A stretch of DNA of 32,000 nucleotides from Nitrosopumilaceae archaeon (GCA_035527875.1 DATKZR010000006.1:48746-80745); one strand, 5' to 3'. Shown: positions 15,372-24,046, counted from the first letter of the stretch. Program-made: numbers and translations. The notes: generated by a model not told the origin, from the sequence alone.

Positions 15372-16196
15372 TTGCAAGGAAAATTTGATCCATTGGTTGC
15401 AGAGTGGATTTCTTTTGTGGCGAATCCAAATTTTAATCTAGTTGAAAAATGCCTCAAGTTTGCTCAAATTTTAGACAAGTCTGATTTGGATATTGAGCAA
15501 TATATACAAAAAATAAACCAAATGGGCTTAACTCTTAAAGAATCCACCAGTGATGTAAAAAATCCCACATATCTTGTCTCAATATTAAATGAATTTCTTT
15601 TTGATAAATTAGGTTTTATTGGAGATTTGGATGATTACTATAATCCAAAAAATAATTTTCTAAATGAAGTTATTGATAAAAAGTCTGGTCTTCCAATAAC
15701 CCTATCAATTTTGTATGTTGAAATAGCAAAATTTGTTGGGTTAGATTTGAAAATAATTGGATTCCCAAGTCACGTTTTGGTAAAATACAATGAAGAAATT
15801 ATTCTTGATCCTTTCAATGATGGAAGATTGGTAAGCATTGATGATTTACAAGAAATATTGGATAGAAATTTTGATGGGCAATTAGAATTTGAACCAGAAT
15901 TTCTTAATGAAATAAAACCAGAACAAGTTTTAGTTAGATTAGCTCGCAATTTAAAAAATTCCTACTTTCAATCATATGATAATGAAAAAGCCCTGAAATG
16001 TGTAAATATGACTTTGGCCATTGAACCAGAATCTGCTGAAGACATAAGGGATAAAGGAATTTTAGAGGAAAAATTATTGAATCACGATATTGCATTAAAA
16101 TATCTAAGTCAATATTTGGAGATAAATCCAAATGCCGAAGATGTAGATTTGGTTTTAGAAATGATTAGGAACATAAAGACAAAGATTAATCAATAA
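15372..16196 (+). CDS. SirB1/YchA-like protein (transglutaminase-like N-domain + TPR-like C-domain)
   Basis: NFLNEVIDKKSGLPITLSILYVEIAKFVGLDLKIIGFPSHVLVKY resembles the SirB1-family core (GxPIxL...G.PxH). The C-terminus has helical-repeat composition. It has a TTG start. Confidence 0.65.
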   Translation: MQGKFDPLVAEWISFVANPNFNLVEKCLKFAQILDKSDLDIEQYIQKINQMGLTLKESTSDVKNPTYLVSILNEFLFDKLGFIGDLDDYYNPKNNFLNEVIDKKSGLPITLSILYVEIAKFVGLDLKIIGFPSHVLVKYNEEIILDPFNDGRLVSIDDLQEILDRNFDGQLEFEPEFLNEIKPEQVLVRLARNLKNSYFQSYDNEKALKCVNMTLAIEPESAEDIRDKGILEEKLLNHDIALKYLSQYLEINPNAEDVDLVLEMIRNIKTKINQ

Positions 16197-16356
16197 TAGA
16201 ATCGATGTCTCGGCCTTGTTTTATCATACCAATTTCATGTCTGGCAATTTTATTTCTTAGAGCATGTTTTATGATATCGAGTTCACTTCGAAGTAAAGCA
16301 ATCTCATCTTCAAGTTTTGCTACACGCTCATAGATTGTTTCTGCATCGGAACTCAT
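16186..16356 (-). CDS. Small coiled-coil hypothetical protein (56 aa)
   Basis: The translation is MSSDAETIYERVAKLEDEIALLRSELDIIKHALRNKIARHEIGMIKQGRDIDSIID. It is ATG-started and its 3' end overlaps the convergent SirB1-like gene by 11 nt. Confidence 0.35.
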   Translation of the reverse strand: MSSDAETIYERVAKLEDEIALLRSELDIIKHALRNKIARHEIGMIKQGRDIDSIID

Positions 16357-16429
16357 GATTATTTATCATGAAAAAAATGTCTTAAAAAGTTATGGGTGAT
16401 TTTATTGATGGACAGGTTAGCTTTTTGAA

Positions 16430-16591
16430 CTATAATTCAAATTCCTGTCTACATTTTTCACATTTTCCTCTTTCCTGACCAGGTTGACCAAGAACGAAAA
16501 TTTTTCCAATAGTCATGCATTCGGGACACATTCCTGTGGTTGCGTTTTTTGGTCCACTACGTATAATTTTCTGTGTTTTTCTACGTCCCAT
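16430..16591 (-). CDS. Elf1-like zinc-ribbon protein (53 aa)
   Basis: The translation is MGRRKTQKIIRSGPKNATTGMCPECMTIGKIFVLGQPGQERGKCEKCRQEFEL. A basic MGRRK N-terminus plus CxxC-x18-CxxC matches the layout of eukaryotic/TACK-archaeal Elf1. Confidence 0.55.
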   Translation of the reverse strand: MGRRKTQKIIRSGPKNATTGMCPECMTIGKIFVLGQPGQERGKCEKCRQEFEL

Positions 16592-16633
16592 GTTTTTACT
16601 GCTAATAACAGCCTATTAAATTTAATTTTTAAA

Positions 16634-16720
16634 TGGCGCGGGGAGGGGGATTTGAACCCCCGTGTCCTTGCGGACATAGGATTAGCAATCCTACGCCCTA
16701 CCAGGCTAGGCGATCCCCGC
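16634..16720 (-). tRNA. tRNA-Ser (anticodon GCU), class II with long variable arm, CCA encoded
   Basis: The manual fold is GCGGGGA/TCCCCGC acceptor, TAGGA-TTGCTAA-TCCTA anticodon arm, TGTCCGCAAGGACAC variable arm, GGGGG-TTCAAAT-CCCCC T-arm, discriminator G, CCA. It forms a GC-rich island in AT-rich DNA. Confidence 0.9.
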
Positions 16721-16753
16721 ACAGAGAAGGTTTGAATTAATCTGTAAATAAAT

Positions 16754-17500
16754 TCAATCGTCACCAAATTGGCTGTAATTATTCACAATATCATGAATTG
16801 GGACTCGTTTTCCGCCGACAATCTTTAGATCTACTTTTATTTGCCTGTCTACAATAGTGATAATATTATAGGTGTTATCAAACAAGCCCCTGACCCTTTC
16901 AGATGTTGCAGTTCCCGCATTGACTACCATTAGTTTTCCAAAATTCCAAGCCCATGGACGATGTTTGTGGCCACACAAAACAAGATCAACACCCGTGTCT
17001 AAAATTGTCCTTAAAACATCACCTGCATCTACCACGGTTAATTGATCTGAACCAGTATCAGGAATTGCAACAAGATGATGATGCATAGCCAAAATCTTTA
17101 CTTTGTCATCGTATTTTTTCATGGTTCTCTCCAACCACAGATTTTGTCTATATCCAACTTCTCCCACGTTTCTATCTGGTCGTGAGGTCCCCAGAGTAAC
17201 TAGAACTATCTCATCATCTAATTCGTTGATTGCTTCAAAAGGGAAAAATTTTTTGAATAGTAAATATCCTGTATTTCTATAATCATGATTTCCGCTAATT
17301 GAGATTATTTTTTTTGTTTTAAATTTGGCTAGAAGTGTTTTACAATTTTCATATTCCTTCATCAAACCTTCATTCGTTAGATCACCCGTTATTACAATGA
17401 CATCAGCTTGAAGTTGATTTACTTCTTCTACAAGTATGTCAAATTTTTCTGGTAGGAATTGTGAACCAACGTGTAAATCAGAAAGCTGAACAATGATCAT
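16754..17500 (-). CDS. Calcineurin-like metallophosphoesterase
   Basis: The motifs are SDLHVG, ITGDLTNEG, SGNHD, HHHL and CGHKH. Confidence 0.85.
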   Translation of the reverse strand: MIIVQLSDLHVGSQFLPEKFDILVEEVNQLQADVIVITGDLTNEGLMKEYENCKTLLAKFKTKKIISISGNHDYRNTGYLLFKKFFPFEAINELDDEIVLVTLGTSRPDRNVGEVGYRQNLWLERTMKKYDDKVKILAMHHHLVAIPDTGSDQLTVVDAGDVLRTILDTGVDLVLCGHKHRPWAWNFGKLMVVNAGTATSERVRGLFDNTYNIITIVDRQIKVDLKIVGGKRVPIHDIVNNYSQFGDD

Positions 17501-17552
17501 TTACTATCAAAATAAAATCAAATTATGTTAATAAATTATCCCTATAGTAAGT

Positions 17553-18656
17553 ATGATCATTTTTGAAAAAAATAGTTTAGTTAACAAGGGTAGAATTAAA
17601 TACGCTCAATCGGCAAATCTCACTGACGTGAGTAAAAAAGCAGCTGTGATTAATGGTGATGGAACAGGTCCTGAATTAGTTGATGCCATGGTTCATGTTT
17701 TAGAAGCTTGCAATACCCAAATTGAGCTTATTCGCTGTGAAGCAGGCTCAGAACAATGGGAGAAAAATGGTGGAGATACATACATTCCTGATTCTACATC
17801 AAAAATCATGGAGGAAAGTAATGCCTGCTACAAAGGTCCTACTACAACAATACCATCACCTAGTGCCCCAAGAAGTGTAGCCGTCTCTACACGACAAAAA
17901 TTTGAGCTATATGCAAATGTTAGACCCATTAAGACATATGATAGACTCTCACCAAATCGAAAGCTTGATTTTGTATGTTTTAGGGAAGCAACTGAAGGAT
18001 TGTATGCAGGGATTGAGTTTGATACCTCCGAGGATTCAGCCATAGCAATTAGAAAAACTACAAGAAAAGGTTGTAAAAGGATAGCAGACTCTTCGTTTGA
18101 ATGGGCAAAAAAATATGGGTTAAAAAAAATAATAGCGATTACAAAAAGAAATATTCTAAAAAGAACTGATGGAATTTTTTGGAGTGAAATAGAAAGAGCT
18201 GCACAAGAAAATCCAGGAATAGAGATTGAAGAGTATTATATTGATAATATGACTCAGCAATTAGTAAAAAATCCTGAGAGATTCAATAATTCTGTTTTAG
18301 TAAGCACTAATCTGTTTATGGATATCATATCTGAATGCGCTTCTGGCAATACGGGTTCCATTGGAAATGTTTATTCCGCAAACCTTGGTGATAGTTATGC
18401 TATGTTTGAGCCGGCACATGGAAGTGCACCAAAATACAAAGGGATGGATAAAGTAAATCCTACTGCTGCAATTTTATCAGGAGCTTGGATGGTAGAATAT
18501 CTTGGTGAGTCTGAAATTAGAGACGTAATTTTCAAAGCCACAGACGAAATAATTAATGAAGGAAAATTTGTAACCTATGATATTGGCGGTAATGCTAAAA
18601 CAAGTGAAATGGCAGATGCAATTGCAAAGCGTTCTGCTGAACTATTAAAAAAATAA
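17553..18656 (+). CDS. Isocitrate/isopropylmalate dehydrogenase-family enzyme (isocitrate-dehydrogenase-like)
   Basis: The motifs are GDGTGPE, LYANVRP, REATEGLYAG, NLFMDIISE and FEPAHGSAPKYKGMDKVNPTAAILS. The APKY.G.DKVNP segment resembles ICDH. Confidence 0.85.
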   Translation: MIIFEKNSLVNKGRIKYAQSANLTDVSKKAAVINGDGTGPELVDAMVHVLEACNTQIELIRCEAGSEQWEKNGGDTYIPDSTSKIMEESNACYKGPTTTIPSPSAPRSVAVSTRQKFELYANVRPIKTYDRLSPNRKLDFVCFREATEGLYAGIEFDTSEDSAIAIRKTTRKGCKRIADSSFEWAKKYGLKKIIAITKRNILKRTDGIFWSEIERAAQENPGIEIEEYYIDNMTQQLVKNPERFNNSVLVSTNLFMDIISECASGNTGSIGNVYSANLGDSYAMFEPAHGSAPKYKGMDKVNPTAAILSGAWMVEYLGESEIRDVIFKATDEIINEGKFVTYDIGGNAKTSEMADAIAKRSAELLKK

Positions 18657-19190
18657 TTACTTTTTTGCTTCAATGAGTATTAATTCTTCAAAAAATAGTC
18701 TCTTTTTGGCTATAATTTTTGTTTTTAAACCCATATTTTGTGCGTAATCTATCAATTTTTGATAGTTCGATAGTGAGGAAGTAACAAAAATGAATTTTCC
18801 TTGAGATTTTATTTTGTCATAAACTGAATCGAGTATTTTTTTGGGGATTTCAAATCCCTCTTCTCCACCGTCAGTGGCAATATCTAAAATTACATCCGTG
18901 GAAAGATATGGAAGATTGCAGATTACTAGATCAAATTCATATTTTATGGCATCGGCCCCATTACAGCAAATCAGATTATTTGTTTTGTATGTTTGATTTT
19001 TTAGGACTGGAAAATTAATATCAGTACCTATTACAAATAAAAAATTTTGAGAAAGCAGTTTGGTAAGATATCCAGAACCAGTCCCAACATCTAGTGCAGA
19101 TTTTCCTTTTTGTTTTTCAACATAGTCTGCCATGAAGAATGTATCTTCTGCAGGTTGGTACTCTTCATATGTTTTTGATTTCTTTTGCAA
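18657..19190 (-). CDS. HemK/Mtq2-like SAM-dependent methyltransferase
   Basis: The motifs are YQPAEDTFF, LDVGTGSGYL and the CNLPY (NPPY-type) motif. It overlaps the ksgA 3' end by 26 nt. Confidence 0.75.
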   Translation of the reverse strand: MQKKSKTYEEYQPAEDTFFMADYVEKQKGKSALDVGTGSGYLTKLLSQNFLFVIGTDINFPVLKNQTYKTNNLICCNGADAIKYEFDLVICNLPYLSTDVILDIATDGGEEGFEIPKKILDSVYDKIKSQGKFIFVTSSLSNYQKLIDYAQNMGLKTKIIAKKRLFFEELILIEAKK

Positions 19191-19872
19191 GTTCTATTAT
19201 CTCCTCTACTGATAAATCATCAAGTCGTTTCTCAGAAGATATTTCTTTTCCAAATTGTTTTAAAATGTTTGAAATTTTTTTCCTTCTATAAGAGAATATT
19301 TTATTGATTATCTCAATTTCATCCTTTTCAATAGATCGTTTTTTACTAATTCTTAAAACGACTGAATCAATTTTTGGATTTGGAGTAAAATTTGTTTTCC
19401 CCACTTTTAAAACATTTTCAAGATCTAGCGTATAATTTGCAACAACACTTACAGCTCGTCTATTTTTAGGAGATTTTGCAAGTAATTTTTCTGCAAATTC
19501 CTTTTGCACCATAATTACTCCATGTGAAAAAGGAATTGTGGCAAGCCATTGTATGGTTTCTTTGCTTTTTGAATAAGGCAGATTAGATACAAAAATTGTA
19601 AATCTATCTTTTGACTTAAAACCATCTCCAAGATGTATAGTTAGGTTTTGAATTTTGGAAAATTTCCTTTTGGCTTTTTGGAAAAGATCCTTATCGATCT
19701 CTATTGAAAATACTTTTTTTGCATCTTCACATAATAATGGTGTCAAAACACCCAACCCAGTACCCAGTTCTAGAACTATATCATTATGAGAAATATTTGC
19801 CTCGGAGATAATTTTTTTAGCTATTAATTTTGAATTTAGAAAATGTTGTCCTAATTTTTTTCTCTTCATCAT
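19165..19872 (-). CDS. rsmA: 16S/18S rRNA dimethyladenosine transferase
   Basis: The motifs are KKLGQHFL, VLELGTGLGVLT and SNLPYS. It has an ATGA start/stop overlap with the upstream gene. Confidence 0.9.
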   Translation of the reverse strand: MMKRKKLGQHFLNSKLIAKKIISEANISHNDIVLELGTGLGVLTPLLCEDAKKVFSIEIDKDLFQKAKRKFSKIQNLTIHLGDGFKSKDRFTIFVSNLPYSKSKETIQWLATIPFSHGVIMVQKEFAEKLLAKSPKNRRAVSVVANYTLDLENVLKVGKTNFTPNPKIDSVVLRISKKRSIEKDEIEIINKIFSYRRKKISNILKQFGKEISSEKRLDDLSVEEIIELAKEIKNI

Positions 19873-20450
19873 CTCTTTACGAAGAGATTCATTCTACTTT
19901 CTCCAGTAATTTCATCCATGATTCGTTCAGAAATATGTTTTATTGGTTCTTTAAAGCCAACCCTTTCTTGCAAGTCGTTATAACTTTCAAATTTTTTTTT
20001 ATTTCTTTCCTCTATCATAATTTTCATGTATGTTTTTCCGATCCCTGGAATTAGTTCAAGAGCGTGAATTCTTGGAGTTAGAGGTTGCGCATTGTTAAGA
20101 TATTCAACAAATCTTGATTCATTTTCTGTAACAATTGTTTCAACAACTGTATCCAGTTCAGATTGAGAAGATGATGAAATATGCTCATAATCCAATTTCC
20201 CTAATACGGAAAGAATCTTAGTTCTTCCTTCTTTACCAATGTATATTTTTTCACCAATTTCAAAAGTAGAATTAGGAACACCAAGAATTTCTAATAGGGT
20301 TAGTCTATTTTCTCCTATTGCAGTAATAATTATTCCATCTCTTCCTTTAACCGTTGATGATTTTCCCCTAGGAATAAAATCCAAAATATATGCATGTTCC
20401 TCATATTTTCTAGGCGAGTGTTGCTCCCTATGCAAAATAAAATCCCCCAA
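19869..20450 (-). CDS. DUF655-type nucleic-acid-binding protein (OB-like N-domain + HhH)
   Basis: The motifs are EEHAYILDFIPRGK... and LELIPGIGKTYMKIMIEER (helix-hairpin-helix). Its position between rpoF and ksgA matches the conserved archaeal arrangement. Confidence 0.75.
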   Translation of the reverse strand: MGDFILHREQHSPRKYEEHAYILDFIPRGKSSTVKGRDGIIITAIGENRLTLLEILGVPNSTFEIGEKIYIGKEGRTKILSVLGKLDYEHISSSSQSELDTVVETIVTENESRFVEYLNNAQPLTPRIHALELIPGIGKTYMKIMIEERNKKKFESYNDLQERVGFKEPIKHISERIMDEITGESRMNLFVKR

Positions 20451-20455
20451 GAAAT

Positions 20456-20782
20456 TTAAGGATGCTCCTTGATAATTTTGAGCATTTTTGCAAGAGTTTC
20501 AGCTAGAATAAGCTTCTTCCAACCGAATGTGAATGAACGTACTTCTGCTAGACTTGTGGGTCTGATGTTAACAATTTCCACAGCCTCTTCTTCTGTTAAT
20601 TCGCATTCTTTCATTAGTTGTTTTTTCATTTCCTTGGCATCTTTTGGATCAATGGTTACAAATTTTGAAACATAGTCATATGTCCAACGCTGGATTTGAT
20701 CCATTTCTTCAGGATCTACATCCCCTAAAATTCCTTTAACTTCCGAAAGAGATACAGCTTGTTTCTTTTTTACTTCTTCCAT
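20456..20782 (-). CDS. rpoF: DNA-directed RNA polymerase subunit F (Rpo4)
   Basis: The size, the acidic helical composition (VSLSEVKGILGD...IQRWTYDYVSKF...EEEAVEIVNIRP) and the conserved position right after rpl21e support the call. The ATG at 20782 lies 1 nt after the L21e stop. Confidence 0.7.
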   Translation of the reverse strand: MEEVKKKQAVSLSEVKGILGDVDPEEMDQIQRWTYDYVSKFVTIDPKDAKEMKKQLMKECELTEEEAVEIVNIRPTSLAEVRSFTFGWKKLILAETLAKMLKIIKEHP

Positions 20783-20783
20783 T

Positions 20784-21083
20784 TTATACACCGAATGGTT
20801 TGATATGATCTAATCTAGTGATTAATGTTTTTGTTTTATTACCTAATTTTACATCTAGTGTAATAGCTCGTCTTCCAACCTTTATGATATTTCCAACTTT
20901 TCCGTGGTATCGTCTGTGTGGTAGGCCCTTATGCTGTCTTGGATCAATGATAACCAGTGCCTGTTCACCTTCATGATATTCTCTAAGCAAGAAAGACACA
21001 CCTCTTGGGGCCTTTTTTGTCATCACATTTCTAGATTTGTGCTTAAATCCATGAGAACGACCAGAAGTTTTCTTAGTTGCCAT
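20784..21083 (-). CDS. rpl21e: Ribosomal protein L21e
   Basis: The translation is SGRSHGFKHKSRNVMTKK...HRRYHGKVGNIIKVGRRAITLDV...ITRLDHIKP. Confidence 0.9.
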   Translation of the reverse strand: MATKKTSGRSHGFKHKSRNVMTKKAPRGVSFLLREYHEGEQALVIIDPRQHKGLPHRRYHGKVGNIIKVGRRAITLDVKLGNKTKTLITRLDHIKPFGV

Positions 21084-21108
21084 ATCTGAGTTGAATCTTC
21101 GATAACCC

Positions 21109-21116
21109 TATTTTAA
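21109..21116 (-). promoter_or_regulatory. TATA-like box (TTAAAATA) 26 nt upstream of the rpl21e ATG
   Basis: The position and composition fit a promoter for the rpl21e-rpoF-DUF655-rsmA-hemK-like minus-strand operon. Confidence 0.4.
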
Positions 21117-21388
21117 CACTTTTCTTTGAAATTCAATGAATTTGTCCTGAAGATTTGAAAATTAGAAGTTATTTCAACAAAATCATGAGTTTGTCAACTG
21201 AATTAAAACATGGAAAGTTTGATGAATTGATAATTAGATAACATATTAAAATTCAATGTTTTTGTAATAAAATTAACTTTAAAAAGAAAATTTTAAAATT
21301 TTTGATGTTTTTTATTGAAAATTTATCCAATTGGTAATGCATGATCTTTTTGATCTACACTTATCTAATTCATGTGAAAAAATATTTT

Positions 21389-21871
21389 ATGAGTGTCAAT
21401 AATCATCAAACAATTAATGAAACTGTTGACTTGTTCAACTTGGAGTCTAGTAAGCTGCAAGACCTTGTTCCTCAATCTTTAAAAGATTTTGAAGAATTAT
21501 CTTTAGAAAAAATAATAGAAGTATATTATCAAGTAATTAATGTCACAGCACTTGCAAAATTTTTAAGATATAGATTTGAAGACAAAAAAAACCTAGAAAA
21601 AAGTAAATCCTCATCAACTAGAATACAGGAAATTGAAAAATTTATTGATGAGCAATTCAATGGAAATTTACATCCTTTAATAACGTCAAAACTAAAAAAA
21701 TTAATAGAAAATTCCGTGAAAAATCTTAAAGATATTGCAATAAATCAAGGCGGTAAAAACGAAGAAGTGGAAAGTCAGGCAATGATGTATGAAAAGTTAC
21801 GTCAAATTATGAGTACAAAAGAATTTGTAGATCAATACAATAATGGATTGAGTAATACCTCGATGAATTAG
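21389..21871 (+). CDS. Hypothetical protein (~160 aa, helical)
   Basis: It is an ORF with no recognisable motif. I prefer the ATG at 21389 to the one at 21341, whose first 16 codons look like A/T-rich leader. Confidence 0.55.
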   Translation: MSVNNHQTINETVDLFNLESSKLQDLVPQSLKDFEELSLEKIIEVYYQVINVTALAKFLRYRFEDKKNLEKSKSSSTRIQEIEKFIDEQFNGNLHPLITSKLKKLIENSVKNLKDIAINQGGKNEEVESQAMMYEKLRQIMSTKEFVDQYNNGLSNTSMN

Positions 21872-21925
21872 AGAAGTGAATTTGTTGCAGTGAGTTTATC
21901 AATCCCCTGTTGATTATATTTTACA

Positions 21926-22765
21926 ATGATTGAAGATATTGCAAAAAATTTCACCGCGCTAAAACAAGAGTTTTCAAATGTATACAGTGGAAATAGTCAC
22001 ATTCAAGAGATCATACCACTCTCAAAATCAGATAAATTTCCTCTAGATGAAAAAGACTTGGAGATGCTTCACAGTTTTGTTGAAAAAAATCCAATTTATT
22101 ATAATTCATACGAACAGATCATTAGCCAAATTCCGTGTAAAGTCTATGAGGGAGACATAAACCAATATTGGTTAAACAGTATCAGTCATGGCTCAAGTTA
22201 TCAACCCTTTTACCCAACATGGGTGCTTAGTGCCTACCTTATTTCACTAGAGGCAAAAAATCTGGATTATAAAGAAGTTCTAGATATTGGTTCAGGAGAT
22301 GGACGTATAGCTTATTGTGCAAAAATATTAGGTTTAGAAACATATTCCATTGAAGTTGATGAATCACTTGTAGATTTACAAAAATTACTTACCTTTGCAA
22401 CTAAGATTGATTTTAATCCAATTTGCGCTGATGCAGTAGAGTTTGATTATTCAGATCTAAATTTAAAACATCCAGTATTTTTTATTGGAGGTCTAGCTCA
22501 GATGGGAGGAGATATTTTGGCTAGCAGTATTATTGAAAAACTAAATGCCATTACCAATCTTAAAAAAAATATTGGCATGACATTTGCGGGTACTTATTCT
22601 AGAAAATATTTCCCAGGAACCCAGTCTGAGAATATGTCAGAAGGTGGGTGGAAATCAATTATTGATAAAAACAATTTGAAAGTAATAAAAACAATAACCC
22701 TTCCTACTGTATGGACATTTGATCAACCTATCGATACGCCATACATTTTTACAAAATTTAATTAA
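21926..22765 (+). CDS. Putative SAM-dependent methyltransferase-like protein
   Basis: VLDIGSGDGRIAYCAKILG fits the Rossmann motif I GxGxG. An acidic residue follows after the next strand (SIEVDE). Confidence 0.6.
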   Translation: MIEDIAKNFTALKQEFSNVYSGNSHIQEIIPLSKSDKFPLDEKDLEMLHSFVEKNPIYYNSYEQIISQIPCKVYEGDINQYWLNSISHGSSYQPFYPTWVLSAYLISLEAKNLDYKEVLDIGSGDGRIAYCAKILGLETYSIEVDESLVDLQKLLTFATKIDFNPICADAVEFDYSDLNLKHPVFFIGGLAQMGGDILASSIIEKLNAITNLKKNIGMTFAGTYSRKYFPGTQSENMSEGGWKSIIDKNNLKVIKTITLPTVWTFDQPIDTPYIFTKFN

Positions 22766-22804
22766 ATTACTTTTTTAAAGAATTTAGTCAAGAAAAAGAA
22801 ATTG

Positions 22805-24016
22805 CTATACATCTGTTGGAGATGAATCGCTAAACTCTTCATCAAGTGCTTCTGAGAGAGTCAATTCTTCAGGTGTCTCAATTGTTGTTAGTACTGGGCC
22901 TTCAGTGTTTGTTAGATCAATTGTTAGTTCCGAGCCTTTAGTGTTTGTTATCTCTGGTATCTCAATTTCTGATGCATCAATTTCTTCTTTAGGTGTATCC
23001 TTTTTTGTTGTTTTTTTAGTTTCTTTTTTAGTAGTCTTTTTGGTTTTCTTTTCTGCCTCTTCTGGATCCATTACTCCTGCCTCACCCAAAGCAAAAATTA
23101 CTTCTTCTTCTGGATGATGAGGACTATCTACCATTCGTGCTATTCTCTTTTTACCTGATTTCTTAAAGTAGATTCTATAGGTACTTGTGTGTGCAACTAC
23201 ATTGCCACCGATTGGACGAGTTGGGTCTCCAAAGAAAACATCAGGGGATGACATGACCTGATTTGTTGCAAGTGCAGCACAGTTGTAAGTTTCTGCAATT
23301 CTAGATAACAGATGAACAAAATGATTTAATTTTTGCTGTCTGGTTGACAGTGTTCCTCTTCCCAAATATTCAGCACGGAACAATCCTACTGCAGAATCTA
23401 CAATAATTAATTTGATATTATTTTCTTCAATAAGAGAACCAACTTCTTCAAGAATTAATGTTTGATGAGCGCTGTTGTATGCACGTGCAACAATGATATT
23501 ATCAAGAACTTTTTGTGGATCCATACCATTTGCATTTGCAATGGATACAATTCTTTCAGGTCGGAAAGTATTTTCAGTATCAATGTATATGGCTCCACCT
23601 CCTAGTCCACCTTCTTCTTTTGGTTTTTGAACTTGGACACACATTGTAAGACATAATTGTGTCTTCCCACATCCAAACTCACCATAAACTTCAGTTAGCG
23701 CTTGTGTTTCAATGCCACCATCAAATAATGTATCTAAACAATTAGTACCAGTTGTAATTTTGCCAATATCTTGTCTTCGCTTGTAAATTTCACTTGCGCT
23801 TACAAAGTCTTTAGAAATTAATCCCCCCTCAACTAAATGTTCACGTGCTTTGTTGACAATATTTTCTGAAGTATCTCTTCCCATTCCAGTTATTTCTGAA
23901 ATTTCCACTGGACCTCTAACAATGAGATCCATAATATTGTGAATACCTGCATCAGATAATTTTTTTGTGGATACAGGTCCTACTCCGGGTAAACTATCTA
24001 ATCTTAAATCTTCCAT
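22805..24016 (-). CDS. radA: DNA repair and recombination protein RadA with ~85-aa low-complexity C-terminal extension
   Basis: The N-terminal HhH is LPGVGPVSTKKLSDAG, Walker A is GEFGCGKTQ and Walker B is LIIVDS. The core ends near FALGEAGV. It is followed by KKTKKTTKKETKKTTKKDT and an acidic T/E-rich tail. Confidence 0.9.
   Translation of the reverse strand: MEDLRLDSLPGVGPVSTKKLSDAGIHNIMDLIVRGPVEISEITGMGRDTSENIVNKAREHLVEGGLISKDFVSASEIYKRRQDIGKITTGTNCLDTLFDGGIETQALTEVYGEFGCGKTQLCLTMCVQVQKPKEEGGLGGGAIYIDTENTFRPERIVSIANANGMDPQKVLDNIIVARAYNSAHQTLILEEVGSLIEENNIKLIIVDSAVGLFRAEYLGRGTLSTRQQKLNHFVHLLSRIAETYNCAALATNQVMSSPDVFFGDPTRPIGGNVVAHTSTYRIYFKKSGKKRIARMVDSPHHPEEEVIFALGEAGVMDPEEAEKKTKKTTKKETKKTTKKDTPKEEIDASEIEIPEITNTKGSELTIDLTNTEGPVLTTIETPEELTLSEALDEEFSDSSPTDV
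22881..22954. repeat. Imperfect tandem duplication (~36-39 nt unit) inside the radA tail
   Basis: Compare attgttgttagtactgggccttcagtgtttgttagatca with attgttagttccgagcctttagtgtttgttatctc. These encode TNTEGPVLTT / TNTKGSELTI. Confidence 0.6.
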
Positions 24017-24024
24017 GCGGTATA

Positions 24025-24046
24025 GTACGGTACAGTACTTTATAAG
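24025..24046 (-). promoter_or_regulatory. radA promoter region: TATA-like box (24039..24046) followed by three GTAC tetramers at 5-bp spacing (24025..24038)
   Basis: The minus strand reads CTTATAAA-GTACTGTACCGTAC-TATACCGC-ATG. The TATA lies ~23-30 nt from the ATG. Confidence 0.4.

Noticed and set aside
16592-16760. A possible integrated element or att site at tRNA-Ser.
   Set aside because: No integrase, no direct repeat of the tRNA 3' end, and no compositional shift appear nearby. The flanking genes are housekeeping.
16484-16767. Two track ORFs (83 aa on the + strand, 84 aa on the - strand).
   Set aside because: Both run through the tRNA-Ser gene, and their GC-rich middle is the tRNA itself. 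The real small gene is the Elf1-like ORF at 16430..16591.
22985-23056. T-rich periodic DNA that looked like a simple-sequence repeat or spacer array.
   Set aside because: It is the reverse strand of the Lys-rich KKTTKK[ED]T coding repeat in the radA tail and has no CRISPR-like structure. No CRISPR array was seen anywhere in the window.
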